This document shows positions 52,189 through 61,461 of a stretch of DNA of 64,000 nucleotides, in pieces (position 1 is the stretch's first letter; each line of letters starts with the position of its first letter). Origin of the DNA: Candidatus Marinacidobacterales bacterium (GTDB lineage: Bacteria > Acidobacteriota > Vicinamibacteria > Marinacidobacterales > DATDRI01); the NCBI GenBank assembly GCA_965226495.1, contig OZ245365.1:4512001-4576000 (forward strand). Direction: 5' to 3'. A program made the translations under genes and the position numbers. The notes under the pieces were generated by a model. The model saw only the letters and a list, made by a program, of their open reading frames with translations, did no database searches and was not told the DNA's origin.

Positions 52189-52743
52189 TCAAACCGCGGC
52201 TTCAAAAAACGTCAGGCAGCTTTCGCCGGCCCTCACTTCCCGGACCTTGGCAAGGCCTGCATAGGAATCGGCTAGCGGCGTCTTATGATGATGCTCCAGA
52301 ATGACGAGCCCTCCCGGTTTCGCAAGAGACGCGGCGCCGATCTTCTGTAAGAGCGTGTCGTGGATGTCGACCTGGTACGGAGGATCTAGGAGTACGAGCT
52401 CGAACGCCTCCTGACCGTCGGCGAGGAAGTTGATCGCCGACTCGGCGTCCCGCTGCAGGAGCTCCGTCTGCTCTGTGAGCTGGAGCCGTTCGAGATTTTT
52501 CCGGATAGCATTGGCGGCGGCTCGATTCCGCTCCACGAACGTGACGTGAGACGCTCCGCGAGAGAGCGCCTCCAGACCGAGCGCCCCCGCCCCCGCAAAG
52601 AGGTCCAAAACCCGCACCTCGGGAAGCCGTGGCGCCAAGATATCGAACAGTGACTTCTTGAGTCGCCCGCCGGTGGGTCTCGTCTTCCTGCCGGAGGGAG
52701 CCTCGATGTGCATCCCCCGAAATTTCCCGCCCCCGATCTTCAT
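52189..52743 (-). CDS. rsmD: 16S rRNA m2G966 methyltransferase
   Basis: TRPT, LDLFAGAGALGLEALSRGA, LDPPY. Confidence 0.93.
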   Translation of the reverse strand: MKIGGGKFRGMHIEAPSGRKTRPTGGRLKKSLFDILAPRLPEVRVLDLFAGAGALGLEALSRGASHVTFVERNRAAANAIRKNLERLQLTEQTELLQRDAESAINFLADGQEAFELVLLDPPYQVDIHDTLLQKIGAASLAKPGGLVILEHHHKTPLADSYAGLAKVREVRAGESCLTFFEAAV

Positions 52744-52753
52744 GACCTTTATG

Positions 52754-54850
52754 TCAGCCGGCGGTAGCGAGCCCGAATTTTTCGCCCCAGGCCGCGATCA
52801 CATGATTCACGATCCGATCGGTTTCCTCGGTGCGTGGGGAAGATAGCAACGCTTCCGCTTCCTCCCGCGCCACCTCGAGAAACTCTCGATCGCGAACCAC
52901 GTCCGCGACTCGAAACAAGGGAGCACCCCACTGGCGGGTGCCGAAGTAGTCCCCCGGCCCTCGAATATCCAGGTCGCGCTCGGCGATCACAAAACCGTCG
53001 TTCGTCTCAGCCATCGCCTCGAGACGGCGCTCGCCTTCTGGAGTCAGCGGCGGGTGGTAGACGAGGACGGCGGCCGATGGAGCCGTCCCCCGGCCAACGC
53101 GACCCCTGAGTTGATGCAATTGAGACAGGCCGAAGCGTTCCGCTTGTTCCACGACAACGAGCGTCGCATTGGGAACGTCGACACCGACCTCGACGACGGT
53201 GGTCGCCACAAGGATGTCGACTTCGCCCGCAGTAAAAGCCGACATGGCTTGCGCCCGCTCGGCGGAGCTCAGTTTTCCATGGGCCAGAGCCACCCGGCGA
53301 TGGGAGAAAGGGCCTTTCTGGAGGAGGCGCTGGGTCTCGACGGCAGCCTTGAGATCCATCTTCTCGGACTCTTCCACCATCGGACAGACGAAGTAGACCT
53401 GATGACCGGCGGCGACCTGCTCCTCCATGAGGCGGTGGACCTCCGACAGCTGCCCCTTCTTCATTAATAATGTACGCACTGGAGGCCGACCCGGGGGGAG
53501 CTCGTTCAAAACCGAGTGGTCGAGATCCCCGTAGAGCGCCATGGCCAAAGAGCGAGGAATGGGAGTCGCCGTCATAACCAACAGGTCAGGCGCGTAGCCT
53601 TTGGCACGTAGCTCCGCCCGTTGCAGCACCCCGAACCGATGCTGCTCGTCGACAATGGCCAGACCCAGCTCCTTGAACCGGACACTTTGCTGAATCAAGG
53701 CGTGCGTCCCCACGACCAGGTTCACCTCGCCGCTCGCGATTTCGGCCAGGAGCCCGTCGCGCTCCGCCCGATTGAGAGCCGACGTCAAGAGCGCAACGCG
53801 GTATCCACTTTGGGCCAGGATGCGCTGGATATTAGAGAAGTGTTGCTCCGCCAAGACTTCGGTGGGAACCATCAGAGCGACCTGCGCGCCGTTCTCGATC
53901 ACGATGACCGAGGCGATGACGGCTACTATCGTCTTCCCCGAGCCCACGTCGCCCTGAAGCAAACGCTGCATGGATCGTTCCGACGAAAGCTCGTCGGCGA
54001 GCGTCTTCGACACTTTCTTTTGCGCTTCGGTCAGGCGAAACGGCAAGATCTGCCGAACCCTCTCCCGAATGCGGTCGTCTACTGGAAAGGGGCGCGGTTT
54101 GGTGAGACCGGATGCGGCTCGCCGACGGAGTCCCAAGCCCAAGGAAAACAGGAAGAGCTCTTCGAAGATGAGCCGCCGCTGCGCGGGCGCGCGGAACTCG
54201 TTGTAGAGCTCGAGCGAGGCGCCTTCTTCGGGAAAGTGCGCCCGTGCCAATGCCTCCCGCCGCGGCGGAAGTTTGTGACGCTCACGCGACGAGTCGGGCA
54301 AGAGCCCGGCTACTTCGGAAGGCAGGCTTTCGACGAGTGAATGGCAGATCCGACGAAGCATCCGCGGGCTGAGCGGCCCGATGCGCTCGTAGACCGGCAC
54401 GATGCGACCGGTGTGGGTCGGTTCGAAATCACCTTCCTCGACGAGCTCGTATTGAGGACCCTTGAGCTCGAGTCCGCCGCCCCGGCGAGAGAGCTCCACC
54501 TTGCCGTAAAGGAGAACCTGCCGGCCCGCCTGAAGAATGTCCTTGAGGTATTCCTGATTGAACCAAATCGCTCGTATCGGACCGGTCTCGTCTTCGACCA
54601 TGACCTCCAACACCTTGAAGCGAGGACGGCGGGTCCGCTTCACGTGCGCGCCGACCACCGTCGCCAACACGGTGGCGTCTTCGCCGGGCCGCAAGTCGCC
54701 GATCGATCGGACACGGCTGCGGTCCTCGTAACGGAAGGGCAAATACAGCAGGAGATCGGAAACCGTCGTGATCCCGACCTCGGCCAGCGCCTCTGCCTTG
54801 CGAGGGCCGACGCCTTTTACGAACTGAACTTTGGAGGAAAGCTCAAGCAT
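52754..54850 (-). CDS. recG: ATP-dependent DNA helicase RecG
   Basis: QGDVGSGKT, DEQHRFG, TATPIPR, LHQLRGRVGRG. Confidence 0.97.
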   Translation of the reverse strand: MLELSSKVQFVKGVGPRKAEALAEVGITTVSDLLLYLPFRYEDRSRVRSIGDLRPGEDATVLATVVGAHVKRTRRPRFKVLEVMVEDETGPIRAIWFNQEYLKDILQAGRQVLLYGKVELSRRGGGLELKGPQYELVEEGDFEPTHTGRIVPVYERIGPLSPRMLRRICHSLVESLPSEVAGLLPDSSRERHKLPPRREALARAHFPEEGASLELYNEFRAPAQRRLIFEELFLFSLGLGLRRRAASGLTKPRPFPVDDRIRERVRQILPFRLTEAQKKVSKTLADELSSERSMQRLLQGDVGSGKTIVAVIASVIVIENGAQVALMVPTEVLAEQHFSNIQRILAQSGYRVALLTSALNRAERDGLLAEIASGEVNLVVGTHALIQQSVRFKELGLAIVDEQHRFGVLQRAELRAKGYAPDLLVMTATPIPRSLAMALYGDLDHSVLNELPPGRPPVRTLLMKKGQLSEVHRLMEEQVAAGHQVYFVCPMVEESEKMDLKAAVETQRLLQKGPFSHRRVALAHGKLSSAERAQAMSAFTAGEVDILVATTVVEVGVDVPNATLVVVEQAERFGLSQLHQLRGRVGRGTAPSAAVLVYHPPLTPEGERRLEAMAETNDGFVIAERDLDIRGPGDYFGTRQWGAPLFRVADVVRDREFLEVAREEAEALLSSPRTEETDRIVNHVIAAWGEKFGLATAG

Positions 54851-54920
54851 TCTTTCGAGCTCCCAATTCTGGGAGCGATGATTCTCGTGGCAACGTCTTG
54901 GTGGGCGAGTCCGTTCGACT

Positions 54921-55628
54921 TCAATGAGCGGACGAACCAGATTGTGTCCCCTCGTCTCCCCGTACCGGCCCCTGTCTCAGGATAAGCTTACCCGTTCGAA
55001 CCCTGGCACTGACGATTCCGTACGGCAAGGGGAAGGGTTCGTCGAGACGAACACCCTCGGGCAGCGCTGGATTCTTGGAGTTGGCGGCAACGAGACTCTT
55101 CACCAACTCCCTGGGGACGGGAAACCCGGCTAGCGTCACGCTCTCCAACTCCACTTGCCCAACGCCATCCTGGGCGAGGACTTGCGCCAGCACCTCGACC
55201 TGGACCGGCCCCTCGAGAAAACTCGCGAAGTACCAATCTTTCAGGTACGCACCCAAGAGGCTTGCGTCGAGCAGGGCTCCCGCCTGGATCTGATCGACAC
55301 CGAACCGGACCCAGGGCTTGGTCACCTCCGGGGGTAGTTGCTCGACTACCCGATAGACCAGGTAGGCGTTCGCTTCTTCGTCGCTGACGTGGAAGCGCTT
55401 CGAGGTCTCCGCGCCATTGGCATGCCGGTCACGAATCTGCTGGAGCTTTCGGTTGAGGGACTCGGTCGGAGAGGGATCCGGTTTTTTGGCCTCTTCCGTC
55501 GCCGTCTGGTTGGTTGCCGCCTGTTCCATCGATGGCCGAGACAGGCTCGAGGCCCCCGTCAGGCTGATAGCCGCGACGATAGCGAGTGGCGCGAGCGGCA
55601 TCCCCCAAGTCCTCCCGCAAGTCCTCAT
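54921..55628 (-). CDS. Secreted hypothetical protein
   Basis: 235-aa ORF with hydrophobic N-terminal segment, co-oriented with recG. Confidence 0.6.
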   Translation of the reverse strand: MRTCGRTWGMPLAPLAIVAAISLTGASSLSRPSMEQAATNQTATEEAKKPDPSPTESLNRKLQQIRDRHANGAETSKRFHVSDEEANAYLVYRVVEQLPPEVTKPWVRFGVDQIQAGALLDASLLGAYLKDWYFASFLEGPVQVEVLAQVLAQDGVGQVELESVTLAGFPVPRELVKSLVAANSKNPALPEGVRLDEPFPLPYGIVSARVRTGKLILRQGPVRGDEGTQSGSSAH

Positions 55629-55683
55629 GCCGCCATACTACTCAAGGCTTTCCAAGATGAGCAAATCGCTGGGGGAGGGGGCG

Positions 55684-55740
55684 CCCCCTCACCCGCCCGC
55701 CTTCAGCGGGCGACCTCTCCCCCGCGGTCGGGGGAGAGGT
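55684..55740. repeat. REP-like element (CCCTCACCC...CCTCTCCC...GGGAGAGG variant)
   Basis: Hairpin acctctcccccg-cggt-cgggggagaggt, preceded by cccctcaccc and a second small hairpin. Confidence 0.65.
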
Positions 55741-55775
55741 ACCAGAGGTGGTACCAACTTCGTTGGTACAGCCTA

Positions 55776-57440
55776 TTAGGGCTGCGTCGCCTTCAGCCTT
55801 TCGAGAAACTCCTGAGTATTCTGGTCCTCTTGGTCCAGCGAGGCCGCTTTTTCCGCGTGGATGAGAGCCATATCGTACTGGCCCTTGGCTTCGTAGACTT
55901 CGGCGAGCCGCAGATGGGTCGGTGCATCCTCGCGGTTCCACAACACGACATGGAGCTCGGAAGCGGCCTTATCGAGCTCACCGACCTCTTGGTACACCTC
56001 GGCGAGCTCCAACCGGACACCTACCGAGTGGGGGGCGACGTAGACGGCCCGCTCGAGCTCACGGGCGGCCGCAGGGAGATCGCCCGACTCTCGAAGCGAC
56101 CTCGCTTTCTCCAGCATCTTTTCCGGATTGGCATCCTCCAGATCCAGGGGCTCTTTTGGCTCGGGGGCTTTCGCGTCGGCGGCCGCCACCGGCGCCGCGG
56201 CGACCTCCGGGGCATTTTCAGCAGGCTCCATAGGCGCGACCGGCAGAGACGCCGGGAAACGGTAGTTTGCCCGTGCGTGCGGCAGCCGCTCGACGACGCG
56301 CTCCACGCTTCCAACCGAATCCTCGGCGATTTCGGCAAGCTCGGGAGACAGAGAAAGCGCCATACCGCGTTGTCTCGCGGCCTCCTCCGGGTCGTCAGCG
56401 TCAGCGGCTATGAGTGAGAGAAGGAAAAAAGCCTCTGCGTCCTTGGGCTCGATCTGCGTCGCCGTCGTCAACCAATGACGCGCCTCGTGCTTGCGCTCGG
56501 ACCGCCAGGCGCTCCACCCCATATTAAAAGGATAGGGTTCCGTGTCTGGCTCGAGCTCCGCCGCTTCACGAAAGGTGTCCACGGCCTCTTCAAGCTCCCC
56601 CCTTCGGAAATAGGCGACCGCGAGGTTGTTCAGAAAACAAGCCACTTTTTCTTGCTCGGACAAGCGGCTAAAGATCTCGACCGCCAGCCGCGTTTGATCC
56701 GCTTCCAAATAGGCAACCCCCATTGTGAAATAGGCCTCTCGATAGACAGGATCTTCAGGAGATATCGTCGAGAGTACCTCGAGGGCTCGTTCGAGGTCAT
56801 TTTGTTCGACAAGCGTCTGGCCCAAGAGAAGCGCCGCGTCGGCGAAGTCTGGAGAGGTTGCGAGTGCTCTCTCCAGGAGCTCCCGGCGCTTCGTCGGGGA
56901 GTTGACTATTTTCGCGCGGGCATAATCCTCGTACGCCTTGACGGAAAGCGTTTCCCTCCGTTCGACCGCTAAACCGTGAGCCTCGGGAATCCGCCCTTCT
57001 TCCAAACGCAGGAGATTCTTCGCGAGCTGGTTCTCGATCCCGATTAAGTTCTCGAGCTTCCCGTAGTCTTCGAGGACGCCGAGCTTGTCGCCCGTCGCGA
57101 CATCGATGACCTGCGCGGTGACCTCGAGCCGTCCGTCCTTGCCCCGGAAACTTCCCATGACCACGCGGTCGGCGCCTAACTCTCCCCCGTTCTCCATCAG
57201 TTCCACCAAAGTCAGCGGCGCACCGTTTTTAATTCCCTTTTGGCGCAGGAGTTCCCGCCGGTCTTCGGAGCTGACAACGTCGTGCCCTACCAAACGCAGA
57301 TGAGACGACAAGGATTCGGCGATCGCGTCTCCGACCCAGCCATGGGTTCCTTCGGGAGAAAGGTTGTCGAAAGGCACCACCATCGTACGGATGGGTGCGG
57401 CCAAGATAAGAGCAAGGGTTAGCGGAAGAGCGAGCGAGAT
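55776..57440 (-). CDS. Secreted TolB-N/FlgO-like + TPR protein; start codon uncertain
   Basis: MVVPFDNLS...W.G.AIAESL domain followed by many TPRs. An in-frame signal-like peptide lies upstream of the TTG at 57404. Confidence 0.75.
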   Translation of the reverse strand: MSLALPLTLALILAAPIRTMVVPFDNLSPEGTHGWVGDAIAESLSSHLRLVGHDVVSSEDRRELLRQKGIKNGAPLTLVELMENGGELGADRVVMGSFRGKDGRLEVTAQVIDVATGDKLGVLEDYGKLENLIGIENQLAKNLLRLEEGRIPEAHGLAVERRETLSVKAYEDYARAKIVNSPTKRRELLERALATSPDFADAALLLGQTLVEQNDLERALEVLSTISPEDPVYREAYFTMGVAYLEADQTRLAVEIFSRLSEQEKVACFLNNLAVAYFRRGELEEAVDTFREAAELEPDTEPYPFNMGWSAWRSERKHEARHWLTTATQIEPKDAEAFFLLSLIAADADDPEEAARQRGMALSLSPELAEIAEDSVGSVERVVERLPHARANYRFPASLPVAPMEPAENAPEVAAAPVAAADAKAPEPKEPLDLEDANPEKMLEKARSLRESGDLPAAARELERAVYVAPHSVGVRLELAEVYQEVGELDKAASELHVVLWNREDAPTHLRLAEVYEAKGQYDMALIHAEKAASLDQEDQNTQEFLERLKATQP

Positions 57441-57558
57441 GGACCTCCTCGTATCTTCAATTCAGCCTCTGTCTTCGGGTCCCTTCATTATACATGTTGG
57501 TCCCTGCGGGGCGAGGCGCGTGCCTGCTAGCCAGATCCCGAACGGGGTCCTATAATAA

Positions 57559-58011
57559 ATGAACGCACTCATGTCCGAAGAGCATTCCGCTGAGCAACCG
57601 GTTGGTGTCTACTTTGTCTCTCTTTATTTCGTGGTCTCGGGTTTCCTCGAGTCCATCCAGAAATTCAGGGAATGGGAGACGCCGATCGTTTTCAATCCCC
57701 TCTCCGAGCACTCCGTCTGGCATCTCGCGACTCACATCGCAATCTACCTAGTGGTTGCGTACCTGCTCTGGGAGCTGACCTGGCTGGGGAGACTAGCGGG
57801 GCTGGTCTACGGGTATCTGACCCTGGCCACCTATGCCAGCGCGACGATTCTGTTCCTCAAGGGAACCGAGTTATCCTCGACTCCACTCTTCTTGATCCTG
57901 GGCATCTACCACGTGGTGGCCCTTGTTCCCCTGGTCGTTTACCTGCAGCCCAAACGCCAGAAAAAGCTTTTCCGAGTAGAACTTCTGGAGATTCTCCTCC
58001 CCCCGAAGTGA
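57559..58011 (+). CDS. Membrane protein (4 TM), hypothetical
   Basis: 150 aa with four hydrophobic segments. Confidence 0.65.
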   Translation: MNALMSEEHSAEQPVGVYFVSLYFVVSGFLESIQKFREWETPIVFNPLSEHSVWHLATHIAIYLVVAYLLWELTWLGRLAGLVYGYLTLATYASATILFLKGTELSSTPLFLILGIYHVVALVPLVVYLQPKRQKKLFRVELLEILLPPK

Positions 58012-58174
58012 GCGGCTCGGGTCCCCGAAGGGGCCCGAAAATACCCGGTTGATGCCCGGGGCCGATCTCTGCTACCATCGGCCTTTCTACGCCGGCTCGC
58101 CATTATTGGCGTTGCTTCGTCGGGTCCCCAACCCCCCAAGAAACTTGCCGGCCTCTTGCACTCTGGAGGGGCGC

Positions 58175-59351
58175 ATGGAGAAGTTACAGGATCGCGGGGA
58201 TTTTTGGCAGAACCTCATCAGGCTCATCGAGCAAAGTAATTCACCGGATACCTGGAATTCTTGCTTTCAACGACTACTAGAGCAGGACAACGAGCCTTAC
58301 TCTTCTATCCTCCGACTCCTCACTCACCTCGAGTTTGAGGAGGAAGAGGCCCGTGGCCACTGGCAGGGCATCGAGGCTCATCAGAAAGAGCTCGCGCGAC
58401 AGCTAGCCCGGGACGTGGGCCTCCAGGTCACCGCCCTCGATTACTTCCACAATCTTCACGACGAGCTCCATAACCCGAAGCTCATCGAGATCGGTTCGTT
58501 CCTCGCTACCGAAAAGAACGCGGTCACCGACGGGCTCACGGGCCTCTACAACCGCCAGTTCTTCGACGCCAGCATGAGACGCGAGATCAAGCGCGCCGAC
58601 CGATACGGACTGACCTTTTCGCTGGTCTTGCTGGACCTTGATAACTTCAAGCAAGTTAACGACCGTCACGGACACCAAGTCGGTGACGAGGGCACTTTCC
58701 GCCTGCTCCGAGATCATCCGCGAAAGCGTCCGTGAGATCGATGTCCCCTGCCGCTATGGAGGCGAAGAGTTCGCGCTCATCCTCCCCGAAACAGATCGGA
58801 CCGGGGCCTTCATCGTGTCTGAACGGATCCGGAGTGACGTCGAGGAACGCTTTCGCACACGTGCCGTCCGAAACCACCGGTTCGACTTGAGCGTAAGCGG
58901 CGGCCTCTCTATCTACCCCATCGACTCTTCGACCGAAGAGGAGCTCGTCAATATGGCCGACAAGGCCCTCTATCGATCCAAACGGGAGGGAAAGAATCGC
59001 ATCACCCTCCATCCGGATGAGAAGAGGAACTTCCCCCGCTTCGAAGCCAAGAAGACCCTCGTCTTCCGGATCGCTGAAGCAGGAGAGCTGGAAAGCCACA
59101 CCAAGAACTTGTCTCAAAGCGGAGCCTTGGTCGAAAGCCAGATACCGATGAGCGTCGGCATGGAGCTCGAGGTCGTCATACGTCGATCCGACAAAACCTC
59201 CACCTTCAAGGGCAGGGTGGTCCGTATCGAGGAGGTCGAACAGGAAAAGGACAAACGCTACGAGGTGGGAATCGCCTTCCTTGCGGAAGGCGAAGAGCAA
59301 GCACGCCAGCTCGAGAGCCTCACCCAGGAGCTCTACCCCGCGCTAAATTAG
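58175..59351 (+). CDS. Diguanylate cyclase (GGEEF) with C-terminal PilZ; apparent +1 frameshift at ~58690
   Basis: TDGLTGLYNR, DLDNFKQVND..GH..GD, then in the second frame REID..RYGGEEF and ADKALYRSK. PilZ motifs RNFPR and NLSQSG. Confidence 0.88.
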
Positions 59352-59367
59352 CAGGAGCCTCGTCCGC

Positions 59368-59396
59368 TTGACACAGCCCAGGGAGATGGCTACACT
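59368..59396 (+). promoter_or_regulatory. sigma70 promoter of tRNA-fMet
   Basis: TTGACA-17 nt-TACACT, 17 nt upstream of the tRNA. Confidence 0.8.
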
Positions 59397-59413
59397 ACGT
59401 TTCTTCGATTTGA

Positions 59414-59490
<77 letters not shown>

Positions 59491-59603
59491 ACTTTTTCCG
59501 CACTCCCGAAAAAAATCTTATCCGGGCGAGTTTTCGCGACATCTCGCGACATTCCGGCTCCTACGAGGAAACTCGTTACCTTTGGTTACTTGGTCCGGAC
59601 CAA

Positions 59604-61441
59604 GGACGTGAGAAAAAATTGGGCTTTACTCACGTTGCAGCTATGTTGCAAGATTGCGGTCATGGGATACGTGACGAATCGTAGGAGGAAGTGGGGTAAG
59701 CGTGGGCGATAAGCAAGCGTCGTTGCCGGGCTTGCCCGTGCCTGGCGATGGTGGTGACGGCGATGAGTGCGAGCGGGCGGGAGAGGCTCGGTTGAAGGTG
59801 GTCGATCGCACGCAGATGCTGCTGCGGACGGTCGACGTGGAGCGGTTGATCCCCAGGGATCACCCAGCGCGTGCGATCTGGGAGTTCGTGGGGCAGCTGG
59901 ATCTTAGTCGCTATAGGGAGCAGGTCCGCTCGGTCGCCGGTGCCGCAGGCCGGCCTGCGTTTGACCCGCAGCTTCTGGTGAGCCTTTGGGTCTACAGCTA
60001 CAGCCGGGGAGAGAGTTCGGCCCGCGCGATTGAGCGACTGTGCGAGCATGAGCCGGGGTATCAATGGCTGACGGGGATGGAAGGCATCAGTGCGCACACG
60101 CTGTCGGACTTTCGGGTCGCGCATGCGGACGCCTTGCACGAGTTGTTTGTGCAAACGTTAGGGCTGCTGAGTGCGGAAGGATTGATCCCACTCGAGCGGG
60201 TCATGCAGGATGGGACGAAGGTGCGCGCGAACGCATCGTCGAATAGATTTCGCCGTAAGCCTCGAGTCGAGGCGTATCTGGAGCAGGCGCGTGAGGCGGT
60301 CGAGGCCCTCGAGGCACAGACGGAGGAGGAATCGAGCCGGCAGATGCAGGCAGCGCAGCAACGCGCCAAGCGTGAGAGACGCCAGCGGCTAGAATCAGCG
60401 TTGAAGGAATTCGACAAGCTGAAAGCGGCGAAAAGCCGCATGGAGCGCGTGAGCACGACCGACCCCGACGCGCGGGTGATGAAGCAAGCCGAGGGCGGTT
60501 CCGCGCCCAGCTACAACGTCCAGATCTTAACGGATGCCGCGCACGGCTTGATTGTCGACATCGATGCCACGCAGGCCGGCAGCGATTATCAGCAGCTGAC
60601 GCCGGCGATGGAACGGATCGAACAGACGCTGCAGCGCACGCCCGATCAGGTGGTCGTAGATGGGGGCTACATCAGTAGCCACAACATCGTGGAGATGGCG
60701 AAGCGCGGCATCGACCTCGTCGGCCCTGAGCCCCGGGGCAAGTCGGCAGAGGCCAATCGGCGCAAGTCCTATCAGCGCTACGGCATTATTTCGGCTTTCG
60801 AAGCATCGAGCTTTGTGCACGATGAGGCGAGCAACACGTACGTATGCCCGCAGGGCAAGCGTTTACGCTACGACGCAAAGTTCGAACGCGATGGCATGAT
60901 GCGCTATCGATACAAGGCCTCGGCGAAAGATTGCGACACGTGCTCGGTCAAGGAGTTCTGCTGTCCTCGCGCGTCGAGCGGTCGGTCGATCGAAAGGCTC
61001 GAACCCTTGCCGGAGATAGCCGCATTCCGGCAGAAGATGCAGACCGACGAAGCCAAGGCCATCTATAAGACACGCTCGCAGGTGGCCGAGTTTCCGAATC
61101 TTTGGATCAAAGCCAAGTTCGGCCTGCGGCAGTTTAGCGTGCGCGGAATCGCCAAAGTGCGCACCGAATCTCTCTGGGCCGCCCTCACCTACGATATCCA
61201 GCAGTGGATTCGCCTCCGATGGAGGCCGAACTTGGTATCGGAGCCCGTGCCGGCGTGAGCGCCACCCGACCGGCGATTGTGCACACGCAGCCGGGCGAGT
61301 TTCAGCGTGTCAGAAGGCATCATCGAAACTCCAGCGCCGATAACGGCGTGAATCCGCGGGATGCCGGCCCGATCGCCGTGATCGTCAGAACTGTGGACCA
61401 ACCATCCCCATCTCCCCGCAATCCGAATTTTTCTCACGTCC
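59604..61441 (+). mobile_element. IS1182-family insertion sequence
   Basis: TIRs GGACGTGAGAAAAA(A)TT / AATTTTTCTCACGTCC, flanked by a CAA direct repeat (59601-59603, 61442-61444). Confidence 0.85.
59702..61258 (+). CDS. IS1182-family DDE transposase
   Basis: GRPAFDP..LV.LWVY.Y, SARAIER, TLSDFR, DGTKVRANAS, TDPDARVMK, YNVQ, DGGY, Cys-rich insertion. Confidence 0.9.
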   Translation: MGDKQASLPGLPVPGDGGDGDECERAGEARLKVVDRTQMLLRTVDVERLIPRDHPARAIWEFVGQLDLSRYREQVRSVAGAAGRPAFDPQLLVSLWVYSYSRGESSARAIERLCEHEPGYQWLTGMEGISAHTLSDFRVAHADALHELFVQTLGLLSAEGLIPLERVMQDGTKVRANASSNRFRRKPRVEAYLEQAREAVEALEAQTEEESSRQMQAAQQRAKRERRQRLESALKEFDKLKAAKSRMERVSTTDPDARVMKQAEGGSAPSYNVQILTDAAHGLIVDIDATQAGSDYQQLTPAMERIEQTLQRTPDQVVVDGGYISSHNIVEMAKRGIDLVGPEPRGKSAEANRRKSYQRYGIISAFEASSFVHDEASNTYVCPQGKRLRYDAKFERDGMMRYRYKASAKDCDTCSVKEFCCPRASSGRSIERLEPLPEIAAFRQKMQTDEAKAIYKTRSQVAEFPNLWIKAKFGLRQFSVRGIAKVRTESLWAALTYDIQQWIRLRWRPNLVSEPVPA

Positions 61442-61461
61442 CAAGCAGGTGGACTCGAGTA

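Noticed and set aside
55338-56417. Long antisense or off-frame ORFs (also 45654-46571, 61204-62106, 27723-28589, 3622-4557)
   Set aside because: Shadow ORFs overlapping well-supported genes, as expected in high-GC DNA; no recognisable motifs.
57462-57464. Selenocysteine or readthrough TGA upstream of the TPR gene
   Set aside because: It lies before a signal peptide, with no redox motif and no evident SECIS hairpin.
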